Positions 1-9,134 of a stretch of DNA of 64,000 nucleotides are shown here, piece after piece. This DNA comes from a phage. The notes below the pieces were generated by a model. That model was given only the letters and a program-made list of their open reading frames with translations. It ran no database searches and was not told the DNA's origin. The DNA lies in the sequence record PZ357121.2; one strand, written 5' to 3'. Each line of letters begins with the position of its first letter. The first letter of the stretch is position 1. The position numbers and the translations under genes were made by a program.

Positions 1-270
1 ATCAATTAATGAATCAACCACAAATTCATTTTCAGACCAGAAATATTTACGAGTGTTATATGCGTTATCTTTATACCATAATGGAACAAACTTAAATTCT
101 GGGAAAAGACGTTCGCATTCTTTAATATCAGATGCATTACGTGGATATGTAATCACATCACCCGGATTAGCACGGTGCAAATGAAGTTGGAAGTTGCCAT
201 CCTTAAGGATAGCATACTGTCCAGTTTCATAAGACCGCATACTCAAGATAGGTACGCGGAAAATAGCCAT
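1..270 (-). CDS. hypothetical protein, 5' part only (gene runs off window start); sits where T4 has beta-glucosyltransferase
   Basis: Manual minus-strand translation from ATG 270..268: MAIFRVPILSMRSYETGQYAILKDGNFQLHLHRANPGDVITYPR...; SD AAGGA upstream; TAATG overlap with stop of upstream gene. Confidence 0.5.
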   Translation of the reverse strand, partial: MAIFRVPILSMRSYETGQYAILKDGNFQLHLHRANPGDVITYPRNASDIKECERLFPEFKFVPLWYKDNAYNTRKYFWSENEFVVDSLID

Positions 271-986
271 TAGTCAAGGAATCCTTTAACATAATCAAAA
301 TCACGGTCAAACACATGGGCACTTACCATGGTATGAGTATAATCACCAACTTCTACACCACATTCTTTAGCGATATAATGAAGTAATTTTCCTTGGAGAT
401 AAAAATCCAACTGCATAACAACAGCACAGTTCTGAGAACGCATATGACAGTGGGTATAAAGCTTACCATCACGAATATAATAAGTCACTGAGTCAGTACA
501 TGGATATTCAAGTGTTTCGTCCGAATCAAGCAAAGCCTGATCTGAACTTTCAAGAATTTGAAACACAACTCTTCGTGAATTAGGTTTCTCTTTAAGTTCT
601 TTGAGAAGAGCTGGTAACTGGGCCGCAATTCGTGGACCATAGAAAGTGTTGAAGTTTGCAGGCAAAGCGTCTGATTTAGGTTTAGAAATAAATTTAGCAA
701 CGTTAGGATATGCCTTAAATGCTTCTTCTGCGTCGGTACCACCAGAAATCATAAATTTCCAGAAGTCTTCGGCATATTCATAAGAGATGCGGTTAATACG
801 TGGGTCGGTCATTTTGAATGATGATGGAGTGTCAACAACTACTGTCATAGACCCAATTTCATTACAACGTCCAATACGAGAATCAGTTACGAATTCCGGG
901 TTTTCTAAAATTTCACGATTGACTGCTTTAAATGCGGATTGAAAATCTGCGGCTTTGATATATTTCATTGTGTTATGTTTTCCCAT
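270..986 (-). CDS. thymidylate-synthase-fold pyrimidine hydroxymethylase (dCMP hydroxymethylase, gene 42 position)
   Basis: 238 aa; TS/dCMP-HMase motifs NSRRVVFQI, catalytic Cys in YPCTDSV, HMRSQN; SD GAGGT 5 nt before ATG. Confidence 0.8.
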   Translation of the reverse strand: MGKHNTMKYIKAADFQSAFKAVNREILENPEFVTDSRIGRCNEIGSMTVVVDTPSSFKMTDPRINRISYEYAEDFWKFMISGGTDAEEAFKAYPNVAKFISKPKSDALPANFNTFYGPRIAAQLPALLKELKEKPNSRRVVFQILESSDQALLDSDETLEYPCTDSVTYYIRDGKLYTHCHMRSQNCAVVMQLDFYLQGKLLHYIAKECGVEVGDYTHTMVSAHVFDRDFDYVKGFLD

Positions 987-1004
987 GTTTACCTCAATAC
1001 AGTT

Positions 1005-1030
1005 ATTATATACTCAATTCATAAAGCTTA
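1005..1030 (-). promoter_or_regulatory. candidate MotA-type middle promoter for the hydroxymethylase gene
   Basis: Minus strand reads AAGCTTTA (MotA-box-like) then 11 nt then TATAAT, about 20 nt upstream of ATG at 986. Confidence 0.3.
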
Positions 1031-1106
1031 TTTGAATTTCTTAGCGATGTTGATATAACGTAAAGCTTCAGCATCGATACTTCCAAGAACACTATGAAGA
1101 AATGCA

Positions 1107-1265
1107 TCAGCGTAGTATTCTAGTTGAACAGGTTTTAATCACTTTAGCCGCTTTAGTTTCAAACAGGCCCTTATGGGCCTTTTTAAGAATTTGTTCGTTG
1201 CTGTTAATTTTCGTAGTCAAAATCTCTTCGTTAAGTTGGTGGTTAAAAGTTTTTCTAGAAATCAT
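1107..1265 (-). CDS. small hypothetical protein (52 aa), below ORF-track cutoff
   Basis: ATG overlaps stop of upstream gene (ATGA); SD GAGGT 8 nt upstream; manual translation MISRKTFNHQLNEEILTTK... Confidence 0.3.
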   Translation of the reverse strand: MISRKTFNHQLNEEILTTKINSNEQILKKAHKGLFETKAAKVIKTCSTRILR

Positions 1266-2422
1266 TCTGGGTACCTCAAAGCGTCGTCAGAGTTAGTTAT
1301 ATCAATAATAGATATAGAATTTTCTGATAACCCATTTTTAGATAACTGACGTTTATAATATCTTTCACAATATGTACACGTCGTCCCGCAGATTTCATTA
1401 GCACAATCGAAATCTGGATGTTTGAACCACCTTTTTTCTAAAAAGCCATCTAACAAAGAGGTTTCAATATTTACCGTATGTGAAAACTCAGTTTCGTTTT
1501 CAAGAGTGAAAATGGTCTCTAAAGGCTTCCACAATTCCAACAAATTACCTTCAAATTTTTCAGAAGCATAAGCTTCAAGAACTTTCAAAATGTAGTCTGT
1601 GCTACCTGTACGTCCCGAAACTTTAAATTGGGTGATACCAATATCGTTATAAAGTTTCAAATCTTGTGGACGAACAAAACGAGTTCTCAACCAGTTAAAT
1701 GGGTCTGTATCACGAGCTTTAATACAGTGCTGCATTGGATATCCATTTAAGGATTTGGCATCATCTACTGTAACATCGGTGCTATGGAAAATATAGCAAG
1801 AGTCACGATAACTACAATGTGTTGTATACCCTTTACCAGCATTAGAACAGAACTCATTTACAAGAACTTCAAATATTATATTGTTCTTATTGCAAAACTC
1901 TGCTGCACGCTTCAGGAAAGAAACTGAACGGTTCTTATGAATTCCACAGCAGACCTTTTTGATATTATATTGGTCATGCAAGTATTTGATTTGAGTTACA
2001 GCATCGACATGTAGAATTGTTGAAACTTCAATCTCAATGTCTTTATTGACTTCACGAACAATTTCCATAACAACAGGGTTAGCGATAGTAATACGCCATA
2101 CGCCTATTGACCAAAGATACTGAACATAATCCTGAATAGCTTTCTTCTTCCACTCAACTAGTTCTCTTTTTGAACCAGGATTTATCGTGTTGAGTGTATA
2201 GTTAAAGCAAATACCTAATTCGTTACAACGTTTAACGTAATCTTCTAACATCTTTTTGTCAACGTCGGGAAGCCTAAAATCAGGTCTGGCTGCTACAAAA
2301 GCCATTTCTCTTGTAGAGCCGTATACTTCGTTTATCAAGCTATTAGGATAAGTTTTATTGAGCTCTACGATTTTATCAAGAAGAGCTAAATCAAAATTCG
2401 TTCCGATTTTAAAGGTATTCAT
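1262..2422 (-). CDS. peptidase-U32-like TIM-barrel protein with Cys cluster (putative Fe-S enzyme), function unknown
   Basis: 386 aa; U32-like segments (KIGTNFDLALLDKIVEL, FNYTLNTIN, EVLVNEFCSNAGKGYTTHC); C-terminal CANEICGTTCTYC. Confidence 0.75.
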   Translation of the reverse strand: MNTFKIGTNFDLALLDKIVELNKTYPNSLINEVYGSTREMAFVAARPDFRLPDVDKKMLEDYVKRCNELGICFNYTLNTINPGSKRELVEWKKKAIQDYVQYLWSIGVWRITIANPVVMEIVREVNKDIEIEVSTILHVDAVTQIKYLHDQYNIKKVCCGIHKNRSVSFLKRAAEFCNKNNIIFEVLVNEFCSNAGKGYTTHCSYRDSCYIFHSTDVTVDDAKSLNGYPMQHCIKARDTDPFNWLRTRFVRPQDLKLYNDIGITQFKVSGRTGSTDYILKVLEAYASEKFEGNLLELWKPLETIFTLENETEFSHTVNIETSLLDGFLEKRWFKHPDFDCANEICGTTCTYCERYYKRQLSKNGLSENSISIIDITNSDDALRYPE

Positions 2423-2476
2423 TTTTGCATCTCGCGTTAATTGTTGCGATGGTTTTTGCAGGTCTTACTTAAATTA

Positions 2477-2863
2477 TTATAGATTCGGTTTATATGATTT
2501 AAATGTTTCGAATTCGCCTTTATTCATAAGAGCTTTGAATTCGTCAGGACGCATAGCTTTGTCGTCGATAATCCAATCATATACTGGTTTATGTGTTAGC
2601 AAATTATGGTACTTCAATCCAATGTTTGCCAAGTTCTGAATCAGACTTGGGAGAATGTCAATTGCTATACGACCAGGACCGACTGACTTCATACCGCGAG
2701 CAGTGTAAAGCGTTATGGTATGCCCTGCATCATACAGGGCATTAATGGCAGACACCATTTCGACGTCTGGTTTGAAGTTCACGTAATCACGATTGTTATT
2801 CCACTCTGTTATACAATCATCGACATCAAAACAAAGATTAAGCATGTTTTCTACACGGTGCAT
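2477..2863 (-). CDS. HAD-superfamily phosphatase (small, GmhB/HisB-N-like)
   Basis: 128 aa from ATG 2863 (TAATG overlap with upstream stop); HAD motifs FDVDDCI, TLYTARG, HKP, IIDD. Confidence 0.75.
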   Translation of the reverse strand: MHRVENMLNLCFDVDDCITEWNNNRDYVNFKPDVEMVSAINALYDAGHTITLYTARGMKSVGPGRIAIDILPSLIQNLANIGLKYHNLLTHKPVYDWIIDDKAMRPDEFKALMNKGEFETFKSYKPNL

Positions 2864-4548
2864 TAGATTCGTTCCCATTGATGAGTGATATCGCCACCGA
2901 TTGGACGATAAGAAACACCAGTTTCTTTATCAGTTAGTACCCATTTACCAGGATTTTTTGTAATCAGAGTAGCCGTTACAGGTTCTGCTACATCATAACT
3001 AATAGTGCCGTCCTGAAGTACACGGCCCATGTTACGTAATTGCTTAGTCAGAAGTTCCATACCTTTATAATATGCGGCTACCGCTTTAAGTGGATTATTC
3101 TTGAAATAACCACCTAATGCAATCCAGATAATTGCCACTGCCAAATGATGATACTCGTTAAACGAACTCATCTTTCCATATTTGTAAACTAACGGATTGA
3201 TGTTAATAGTCACATTACAAGTTGTTTCATCAATAGTAAACTGTCCCCAAGTCGGATTAGCGTTGAATTCATCATAACCTGAAACAGCGTAAAGCACTTT
3301 AGCTTCATCATACAATTTTGGCCCATAAATCTTGGTTTCACCAAAATATCCACGAGGGTCGATAAACTTGACTTCACCATTATCAGTAATCATAGTATTA
3401 CTGAAGTTCGGGTCACCATGAATAACAGAGTACTGTCCCTGAGAACGGTTATGATAACGAATAAGGTGTTCTAAAGCTTGTTTCAACATTGGCTTCAGAC
3501 GCCCAATCTTAGTGTAGTTCACATGTGTGATTTTACCAAATGAATCAATCAATGGTTGAATACTTTCACAACGATCAATAACTTTAGTATAGAATTCTTT
3601 AGTGAAATCACGACGAACAGTTTCAGGACTTACAAAATAAGTGTCTGTGCTGAATTTCAGTGCATCTAAAATTGCATCAACAATTTGTGGACGAGCAAGA
3701 CTTGATTTGGATTTAATATATTCAAATGCCGGCTTACCTTTAATGCGTTCCATTTCAAAGTTATTTTCATTAACAGAAACTAACTGAGGAACTGAATCTG
3801 ATTTCACTTTAAGATACCATGAAATCTCATCTTTCTGAAGAGCTCGGCCCTGTTCGGTTAATGCGAATTTAGTTACAGTTTCTTCACCAATTTCAACTGC
3901 ATTAAAACTACGATTAAGTTCACGAACTTCATGAGCTTTTTCAAGTTTAGGCATATCACCTAAATCAATTAGATTCATAAGCTCTGATTTATTGAATGCG
4001 CTGCCGTAAAGGAATTCTACGAAATCACGTCCTTTGCAGTATTCATGAATTTCCTCATCAGTAGAACCCATATAGAATTCCCAGTCTTTGAACTGATAAA
4101 TTCCTACAACATTACCACCTGTTGAACCTACATTAGTGATATTTTCACCGTCGAAATTATATCGACATTCGTCACCCTTAACATAGATTGCGTTAACATT
4201 CCAAGACCACGAACCAAAATCAGGAATAATATCACACCAGTTAACAATTACATTATGGCCGTCTAAATCTTTGTGCAATTTAGCAAGAGCATAAGCAGAA
4301 CCATACGCTTCATCAACTGTACGAATAGTCACATTGAACCCTTCTTGCTCACAATAAGCTCGAACAGTTTCAGCAAATTTTGAATGAACTACTACAATAA
4401 TTTCATCTGCGCCAAGGTCAGAATAAATTGTATACAAATTGCTCAGAATAGTGTCTTGTTTATAGTTAACAAGCACCTTAGGAATATGATGCGTTATTGG
4501 ATACAAACGAGTTGCCAGTCCAGCACCAAGAATAACAGCTTTTTTCAT
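2863..4548 (-). CDS. bifunctional sugar-1-phosphate nucleotidyltransferase / sugar kinase
   Basis: 561 aa; N-terminal NTP-transferase motif ILGAGLATRLYPIT..PKVLV; C-terminal APH/choline-kinase-fold motifs IHGDPNFSN and FIDPRGY; SD GAGGA. Confidence 0.85.
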   Translation of the reverse strand: MKKAVILGAGLATRLYPITHHIPKVLVNYKQDTILSNLYTIYSDLGADEIIVVVHSKFAETVRAYCEQEGFNVTIRTVDEAYGSAYALAKLHKDLDGHNVIVNWCDIIPDFGSWSWNVNAIYVKGDECRYNFDGENITNVGSTGGNVVGIYQFKDWEFYMGSTDEEIHEYCKGRDFVEFLYGSAFNKSELMNLIDLGDMPKLEKAHEVRELNRSFNAVEIGEETVTKFALTEQGRALQKDEISWYLKVKSDSVPQLVSVNENNFEMERIKGKPAFEYIKSKSSLARPQIVDAILDALKFSTDTYFVSPETVRRDFTKEFYTKVIDRCESIQPLIDSFGKITHVNYTKIGRLKPMLKQALEHLIRYHNRSQGQYSVIHGDPNFSNTMITDNGEVKFIDPRGYFGETKIYGPKLYDEAKVLYAVSGYDEFNANPTWGQFTIDETTCNVTININPLVYKYGKMSSFNEYHHLAVAIIWIALGGYFKNNPLKAVAAYYKGMELLTKQLRNMGRVLQDGTISYDVAEPVTATLITKNPGKWVLTDKETGVSYRPIGGDITHQWERI

Positions 4549-4729
4549 GTTGTGGTCCTCATTGGTAAGTAGGAGTATTGTACACTATTCTAGTTAAAGC
4601 ATTCATACTTTGCTTGTAGTCCAATCATAATCCATCCGATTATAAGAGTCGGAATCATTACTGGAGCCGTTAAGCTCCAGTAGATAGTCATGACAAGCAT
4701 CAATAGTAAAAGTCCTATTGTTATTGCTT

Positions 4730-5365
4730 TCATTGTTCGCCTCGTAACATGGCACCTAGTGCACCACCAGGGTGGAACTTAAGGAAGTCATTAGAGGTAA
4801 ATCCACGTTCAGACGAAAGGTTGATAGCAAACGTATCGATAAGCGCTAACAACAATGTAGTGGACATGGTCGGAGCCAGAGAATTCTCATCAACCTCTAC
4901 TGCGATGCCTGTACAGAACGTATAATCAAAAAGAGCTTCGTATTCTTGTGGAATGTCCGGGTTACAATGCAACAGAATCTGTTTGACGTTCGGACGAATC
5001 ATTTTAAGATGCTTAGCCACGCCTATCATTTCTTCAGTTTTACCAGAACGACTAATATGAATCAACACATCATTAGGCGCAATGAATCCTGCATCACCGT
5101 GAGAATAATGCCCAGTGTTCAAGTACATACTCGGGATACCAAGTGAAGCAAATGTCTCAGAAGCTTTAGTTGCAATATTAGCATTCTTACCAACACCTGT
5201 AATAATTACTCGGCTTTCATAATTACTAAGTCCTGGGCGTCGAAGAGTTTCTAGAATAGCATTATAACGAGCAGGGTTTTGACTAATTACTTTGGCCATA
5301 GCGGCCAAAGAAGAAGCTTGTTTTATGATTGCGTCAATAGCGATAGTAATAGGAGTAGTTTTCAT
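4730..5365 (-). CDS. SIS-domain arabinose-5-phosphate isomerase (KdsD/GutQ/KpsF type, no CBS domains)
   Basis: 211 aa; motifs GVGKNANIA, HGDAG, ISRSGKTEE, LAPTMSTT, FHPGGALG parallel E. coli KdsD. Confidence 0.85.
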   Translation of the reverse strand: MKTTPITIAIDAIIKQASSLAAMAKVISQNPARYNAILETLRRPGLSNYESRVIITGVGKNANIATKASETFASLGIPSMYLNTGHYSHGDAGFIAPNDVLIHISRSGKTEEMIGVAKHLKMIRPNVKQILLHCNPDIPQEYEALFDYTFCTGIAVEVDENSLAPTMSTTLLLALIDTFAINLSSERGFTSNDFLKFHPGGALGAMLRGEQ

Positions 5366-5405
5366 ATTTCTCTCATTTAATTAGTTTACCGTCCATGTCA
5401 TTATA

Positions 5406-8117
5406 TCAAAAATCGAACATATCGAACAGAGATGCTTTCTTCTCGTAATCGAGTTTCGCTGCTGATGTGAATCCTTCAAGTGGTTTAATAAATGTCTTCT
5501 CAAGGAGAACAGTGTAGTCCATCCAATGAAGTACATCGTCTTTAATTAAATCTGTGATTTCAGTACCAGAAGGCCATGCGATACATTTATCACCGAATGG
5601 GTTTCCTTCACGTAAAGGCAGAACATATACTTTTTCACCTTCTACAACTTGCGGTGCATCGATATTACCTTTGATAGCCCGGTTATACGTCAGAATTCCA
5701 CGAATATGGAACGGGCATTTAGGACCAGGGAATCCACCTACATCATATTTAGCAATGTTATTCGCAGAAGATACCGACGCGATGCTAATATAATTCAATT
5801 GACGGAATTCTTTTTCAAACTCTTTAAAATATTCTTGTAATGATTCTTCACCTTCTTGAAGCATACGACGAATACATTCTTTAAGAGCTTTCTGTACTGC
5901 TTTAGGAGTCGAAGATTTCTGAGTCTCTAGACCCATGATTTTGAGTTTAGGCTCAGCGTATCTGGTTCCTTCCATATCCCACACGTTTAATGCATAACGT
6001 TTCTTACCAGTCCAGAATCCACCAATACCTTTAGAACCGAGTGGAGGACCAGCGATAGCTTCTCGGTCCATGAACATTAAGTGTTGTTTATTGTTCATGT
6101 ATTCACACATTTCACGGAAACCTCTATCAATAGCAGGTTCCATACGTTCACGTGCAAACTTATCTAAGAAGTCTACCCAATGGTTGGTATCACGGAATTT
6201 AGATTCACCAACCTTATCGATAATTTTATCAGCAGATACGTAAATAGAGTCCGTATCACCATAAAGAACGAAAGCTTCACCTTCCGTACCACAAACTTCA
6301 TTCAGATATTCATTAACTTTACGTTCAATCCACTGTAAAGCCATTTGACCAAATGTTGTGATTGCAGTAGCATTACGCAAATCATAATAACGGAACCAAA
6401 CGTTGCCAAGTGCACCATAAAGTGAGTTGATAAGCAATTTACGGTTAATTTGGGCAGTCATACCTGCAACTTCAGTACGTTGAGCTCTAAACAACATTTC
6501 GTTAAGAGATTTAGCGGACAACTTTTTAATCTTTTCTTTAATCTCATCACTGAAGTCGAAACGATAATCAACATCTAATGGTTCGTCAACAGAAAGATTA
6601 GGATTATGCAATGCCTCTTTAATTATTTCACCATTACGTTGAGCTGCAAGCATGTAACCTTTATGTTCTTTACGTTGATTAAAGACCTTAGTGATTTCAG
6701 TTGGAACAACACCGTCACGGTCTTTATAATACATCATGCCGTTAGGAGAGCAACTATACACATCTGAAGGACGTTCAGCAACAGCGTTAATATAATCATG
6801 CAATGGAGCTACTTTAAACGTTCCTGCTATTGTTTCTGGGCTAATATTCACTTGGCGAATAATACTTGGATACAGAGATGTAAGGTCGAAACTCATTACA
6901 TATTTGTATCGATTTGGAATAGGTTCCTTAACAAAAGCGCCGGGATAAGGTTGAACCGGGTGAGAACGACCTTGTGGAATCACCTTGTTCTGCTCTTTAA
7001 GGCTATTAAAAATAATAGCATCCCATGTTTTAATTGGGCTAAACACAGATTGAATCTGAATTTTAGCATAATAACCCATGTCCAAACTCAAGTTGATGAA
7101 CTGACGCTTAGCATCAATTTGCAATACACGATACACGTCGATAATGTTATAAGAAATATATCGTTGGTGATTGCTTTCACGAAGCTTAGAAATAGGGCCG
7201 TCATATTTCAGTTTACCAACGTTCAATTCAAATTCTGAAATGTAATCCAGAGAATATGATGGTTGATTGGTAAAAGAGAATTTTTTGTAAAGGTCAATGT
7301 AATCAAGAACAGAGATACCGAACAATGTAATGATTTCACGAGAACCATACATGTTTTCGATAACTTTAACACGAGTTTTACGATGTGGTGACAAACGTTT
7401 CGCAGTAGATTCGCCAAAAATATTCTTGATTCGGTTATACACATATGGAATATCAAATGACTCAACGTTCCATCCAGTCAAAATGACAGGAGTTTTTTGT
7501 TGCCAGAAGTTGAGATATTCCATCAACAATTCTTTTTCGTTATCGAACGGCATATAAATGATTTTATCGATAATTTCGGATGGAACTTCATCACCACCTT
7601 GTTCTTGAAGCTTAGCCGCAATTTCAATAGACCATTCTTCTACATTACCATATGGAGAATTCAATAGATCAAATACGTAGAACCTGTCATCAATTGAGTC
7701 ATAATGGGTGATAGCATCAATTGGATGTTTTGCTTGTGACGGCTCAGGGAACCCATCTGGAGATGTTACTTCGATGTCGAAGTTAGCCACACGAATTTTT
7801 GTATGGTCGTATTTAATTTCATAGTTATAAGTGTCAGACAAATACGCCAATTTGAAATCGTCCATGCCAAGTGCTTCAAGTCCGATATCTTCCATGCGTT
7901 TAATCCATTGGGAGGCATCACGCATATTAGCGAACAACTTACGAGTACACGGCTTACCATAGATATCGAAATATTTCGTAGCCTGACTTTCCGGACAATG
8001 AGCAAACAGTGATGGTTTATATTCTACTTCACGAGTACGTTCACGGCCGTTAGAATCGATGTAACGTTCAAAAATTGAATCACCAATCTGTTCAACCGTT
8101 AAGTAAAATTCTTTCAT
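5406..8117 (-). CDS. 43: DNA polymerase gp43 (family B, with 3'-5' exonuclease)
   Basis: 903 aa; N-terminus MKEFYLTVEQIGDSIFERYIDSNGRERTREVEY; exo motifs FDIE, YNIIDVY; pol motifs DLTSLYPS, YGDTDS; matches RB69/T4 gp43. Confidence 0.97.
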   Translation of the reverse strand: MKEFYLTVEQIGDSIFERYIDSNGRERTREVEYKPSLFAHCPESQATKYFDIYGKPCTRKLFANMRDASQWIKRMEDIGLEALGMDDFKLAYLSDTYNYEIKYDHTKIRVANFDIEVTSPDGFPEPSQAKHPIDAITHYDSIDDRFYVFDLLNSPYGNVEEWSIEIAAKLQEQGGDEVPSEIIDKIIYMPFDNEKELLMEYLNFWQQKTPVILTGWNVESFDIPYVYNRIKNIFGESTAKRLSPHRKTRVKVIENMYGSREIITLFGISVLDYIDLYKKFSFTNQPSYSLDYISEFELNVGKLKYDGPISKLRESNHQRYISYNIIDVYRVLQIDAKRQFINLSLDMGYYAKIQIQSVFSPIKTWDAIIFNSLKEQNKVIPQGRSHPVQPYPGAFVKEPIPNRYKYVMSFDLTSLYPSIIRQVNISPETIAGTFKVAPLHDYINAVAERPSDVYSCSPNGMMYYKDRDGVVPTEITKVFNQRKEHKGYMLAAQRNGEIIKEALHNPNLSVDEPLDVDYRFDFSDEIKEKIKKLSAKSLNEMLFRAQRTEVAGMTAQINRKLLINSLYGALGNVWFRYYDLRNATAITTFGQMALQWIERKVNEYLNEVCGTEGEAFVLYGDTDSIYVSADKIIDKVGESKFRDTNHWVDFLDKFARERMEPAIDRGFREMCEYMNNKQHLMFMDREAIAGPPLGSKGIGGFWTGKKRYALNVWDMEGTRYAEPKLKIMGLETQKSSTPKAVQKALKECIRRMLQEGEESLQEYFKEFEKEFRQLNYISIASVSSANNIAKYDVGGFPGPKCPFHIRGILTYNRAIKGNIDAPQVVEGEKVYVLPLREGNPFGDKCIAWPSGTEITDLIKDDVLHWMDYTVLLEKTFIKPLEGFTSAAKLDYEKKASLFDMFDF

Positions 8118-8176
8118 TTAATTTCCTTTAGACGAGTTATTGTCTTTTGTTTGTTGATGAACTTATTATACTCCAA

Positions 8177-8194
8177 ATGGGACCGAAGTCCCAT
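8177..8194 (-). promoter_or_regulatory. stable hairpin with UUCG tetraloop between regA and gene 43; TATAAT follows on minus strand
   Basis: Plus atgggaccgaagtcccat (7-bp stem); minus strand reads ATGGGAC-UUCG-GUCCCAU then TTGGAGTATAAT. Confidence 0.35.
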
Positions 8195-8198
8195 TGCT

Positions 8199-8567
8199 TT
8201 AATTACCAATTGTATATTTTGCTTTCAAAGTCCAGTCATCTTTCTGTTTAAAAGAGATAACACGGAAGTTATTAGTCAGGCCAAACAGATCTTCACGAGC
8301 AGAGTCTTCAATAACAATCAACCCCCAGTCTTCAAGCAACTGAGCAATCGAATCACGTCGCTGATAGTCTTCACCATCAATATCAACCTGACGTCCGTCC
8401 ATACGCAGCATTTCTTTAAAGTGGACGATGTAGTATTTACCTTGCTTTTGGAGGATATGACAGGACTGATAAAGAACTTTATCCTTGTTATTAGCGATGC
8501 CCATACGGGTCAAAGTCTCTTTGACTTTCAGAAAATCTTCAGGGTTCTTCAATTTAATTTCAATCAT
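8199..8567 (-). CDS. regA: translational repressor RegA
   Basis: 122 aa from internal ATG at 8567 (MIEIKLKNPEDFLKVKETLTRMGIANNKDKVLYQSCHILQ), matches T4 RegA length and sequence. Confidence 0.9.
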   Translation of the reverse strand: MIEIKLKNPEDFLKVKETLTRMGIANNKDKVLYQSCHILQKQGKYYIVHFKEMLRMDGRQVDIDGEDYQRRDSIAQLLEDWGLIVIEDSAREDLFGLTNNFRVISFKQKDDWTLKAKYTIGN

Positions 8568-8569
8568 TT

Positions 8570-9133
8570 TTACCATTCCAATGCTAATTTTTTAAATTGT
8601 TTTTGTTCTTTCACATTTTTTGTAACTTCTTTGAGAAACTCATCAGTGACCATGGCCTTCAGCTCTTTAAGGACTATTGGCAACTTGTTATTTTTTTCAA
8701 GGAGCCGCTTATACTCGGTAGCATCATTCATGTTGATTGTGTAATGTTTCATCAACAGTTTGATAACTAGTAACTCTGAAGTGTCTTCGACTAGTTTAGC
8801 CCATTTAGAGAATCGACGACCACGCGGAATTGCCGCCATCATATAGTTGAAGTGCGCTTCATCACTTAATTCAGAACCTACTAAGTTCATCATGTAAACA
8901 GCTGGCATACATTCCGGGAACTGGGATAATGAGTTCTCAACCATAAATTTTGAGTAGTCGACCTGAGCAATTGACATAGATTTCTTTTCATTAATAGCAT
9001 TAATGATTTTAAAGAATTCATTCTCAGGTTTTTCTTTAAACATGTCAGCACATTTTTGAATCGCATCAGCGTCATTAGACTTCCATGCAATTTGGTGCTC
9101 GTTAAGTTGGACGTCATCATCAAATAAGTTCAT
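8570..9133 (-). CDS. 62: clamp-loader small subunit gp62
   Basis: 187 aa; [17 protein letters not shown]...KKLALEW matches T4 gp62 end to end. Confidence 0.92.
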   Translation of the reverse strand: MNLFDDDVQLNEHQIAWKSNDADAIQKCADMFKEKPENEFFKIINAINEKKSMSIAQVDYSKFMVENSLSQFPECMPAVYMMNLVGSELSDEAHFNYMMAAIPRGRRFSKWAKLVEDTSELLVIKLLMKHYTINMNDATEYKRLLEKNNKLPIVLKELKAMVTDEFLKEVTKNVKEQKQFKKLALEW

Positions 9134-9134
9134 A

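Noticed and set aside
1102-1296. Plus-strand 64-aa ORF in the 42-upstream intergenic region
   Set aside because: It spans a palindromic hairpin and the minus-strand promoter region and has no RBS. The minus-strand 52-aa ORF with SD and ATGA coupling is the more plausible coding feature here.
5554-8012. Several 60-150-aa ORFs on both strands inside the gene 43 coordinates (for example 6798-7238, 7223-7465, 7766-8005)
   Set aside because: They lie wholly inside the well-supported DNA polymerase gene, lack RBSs, and are typical out-of-frame or antisense artefacts.
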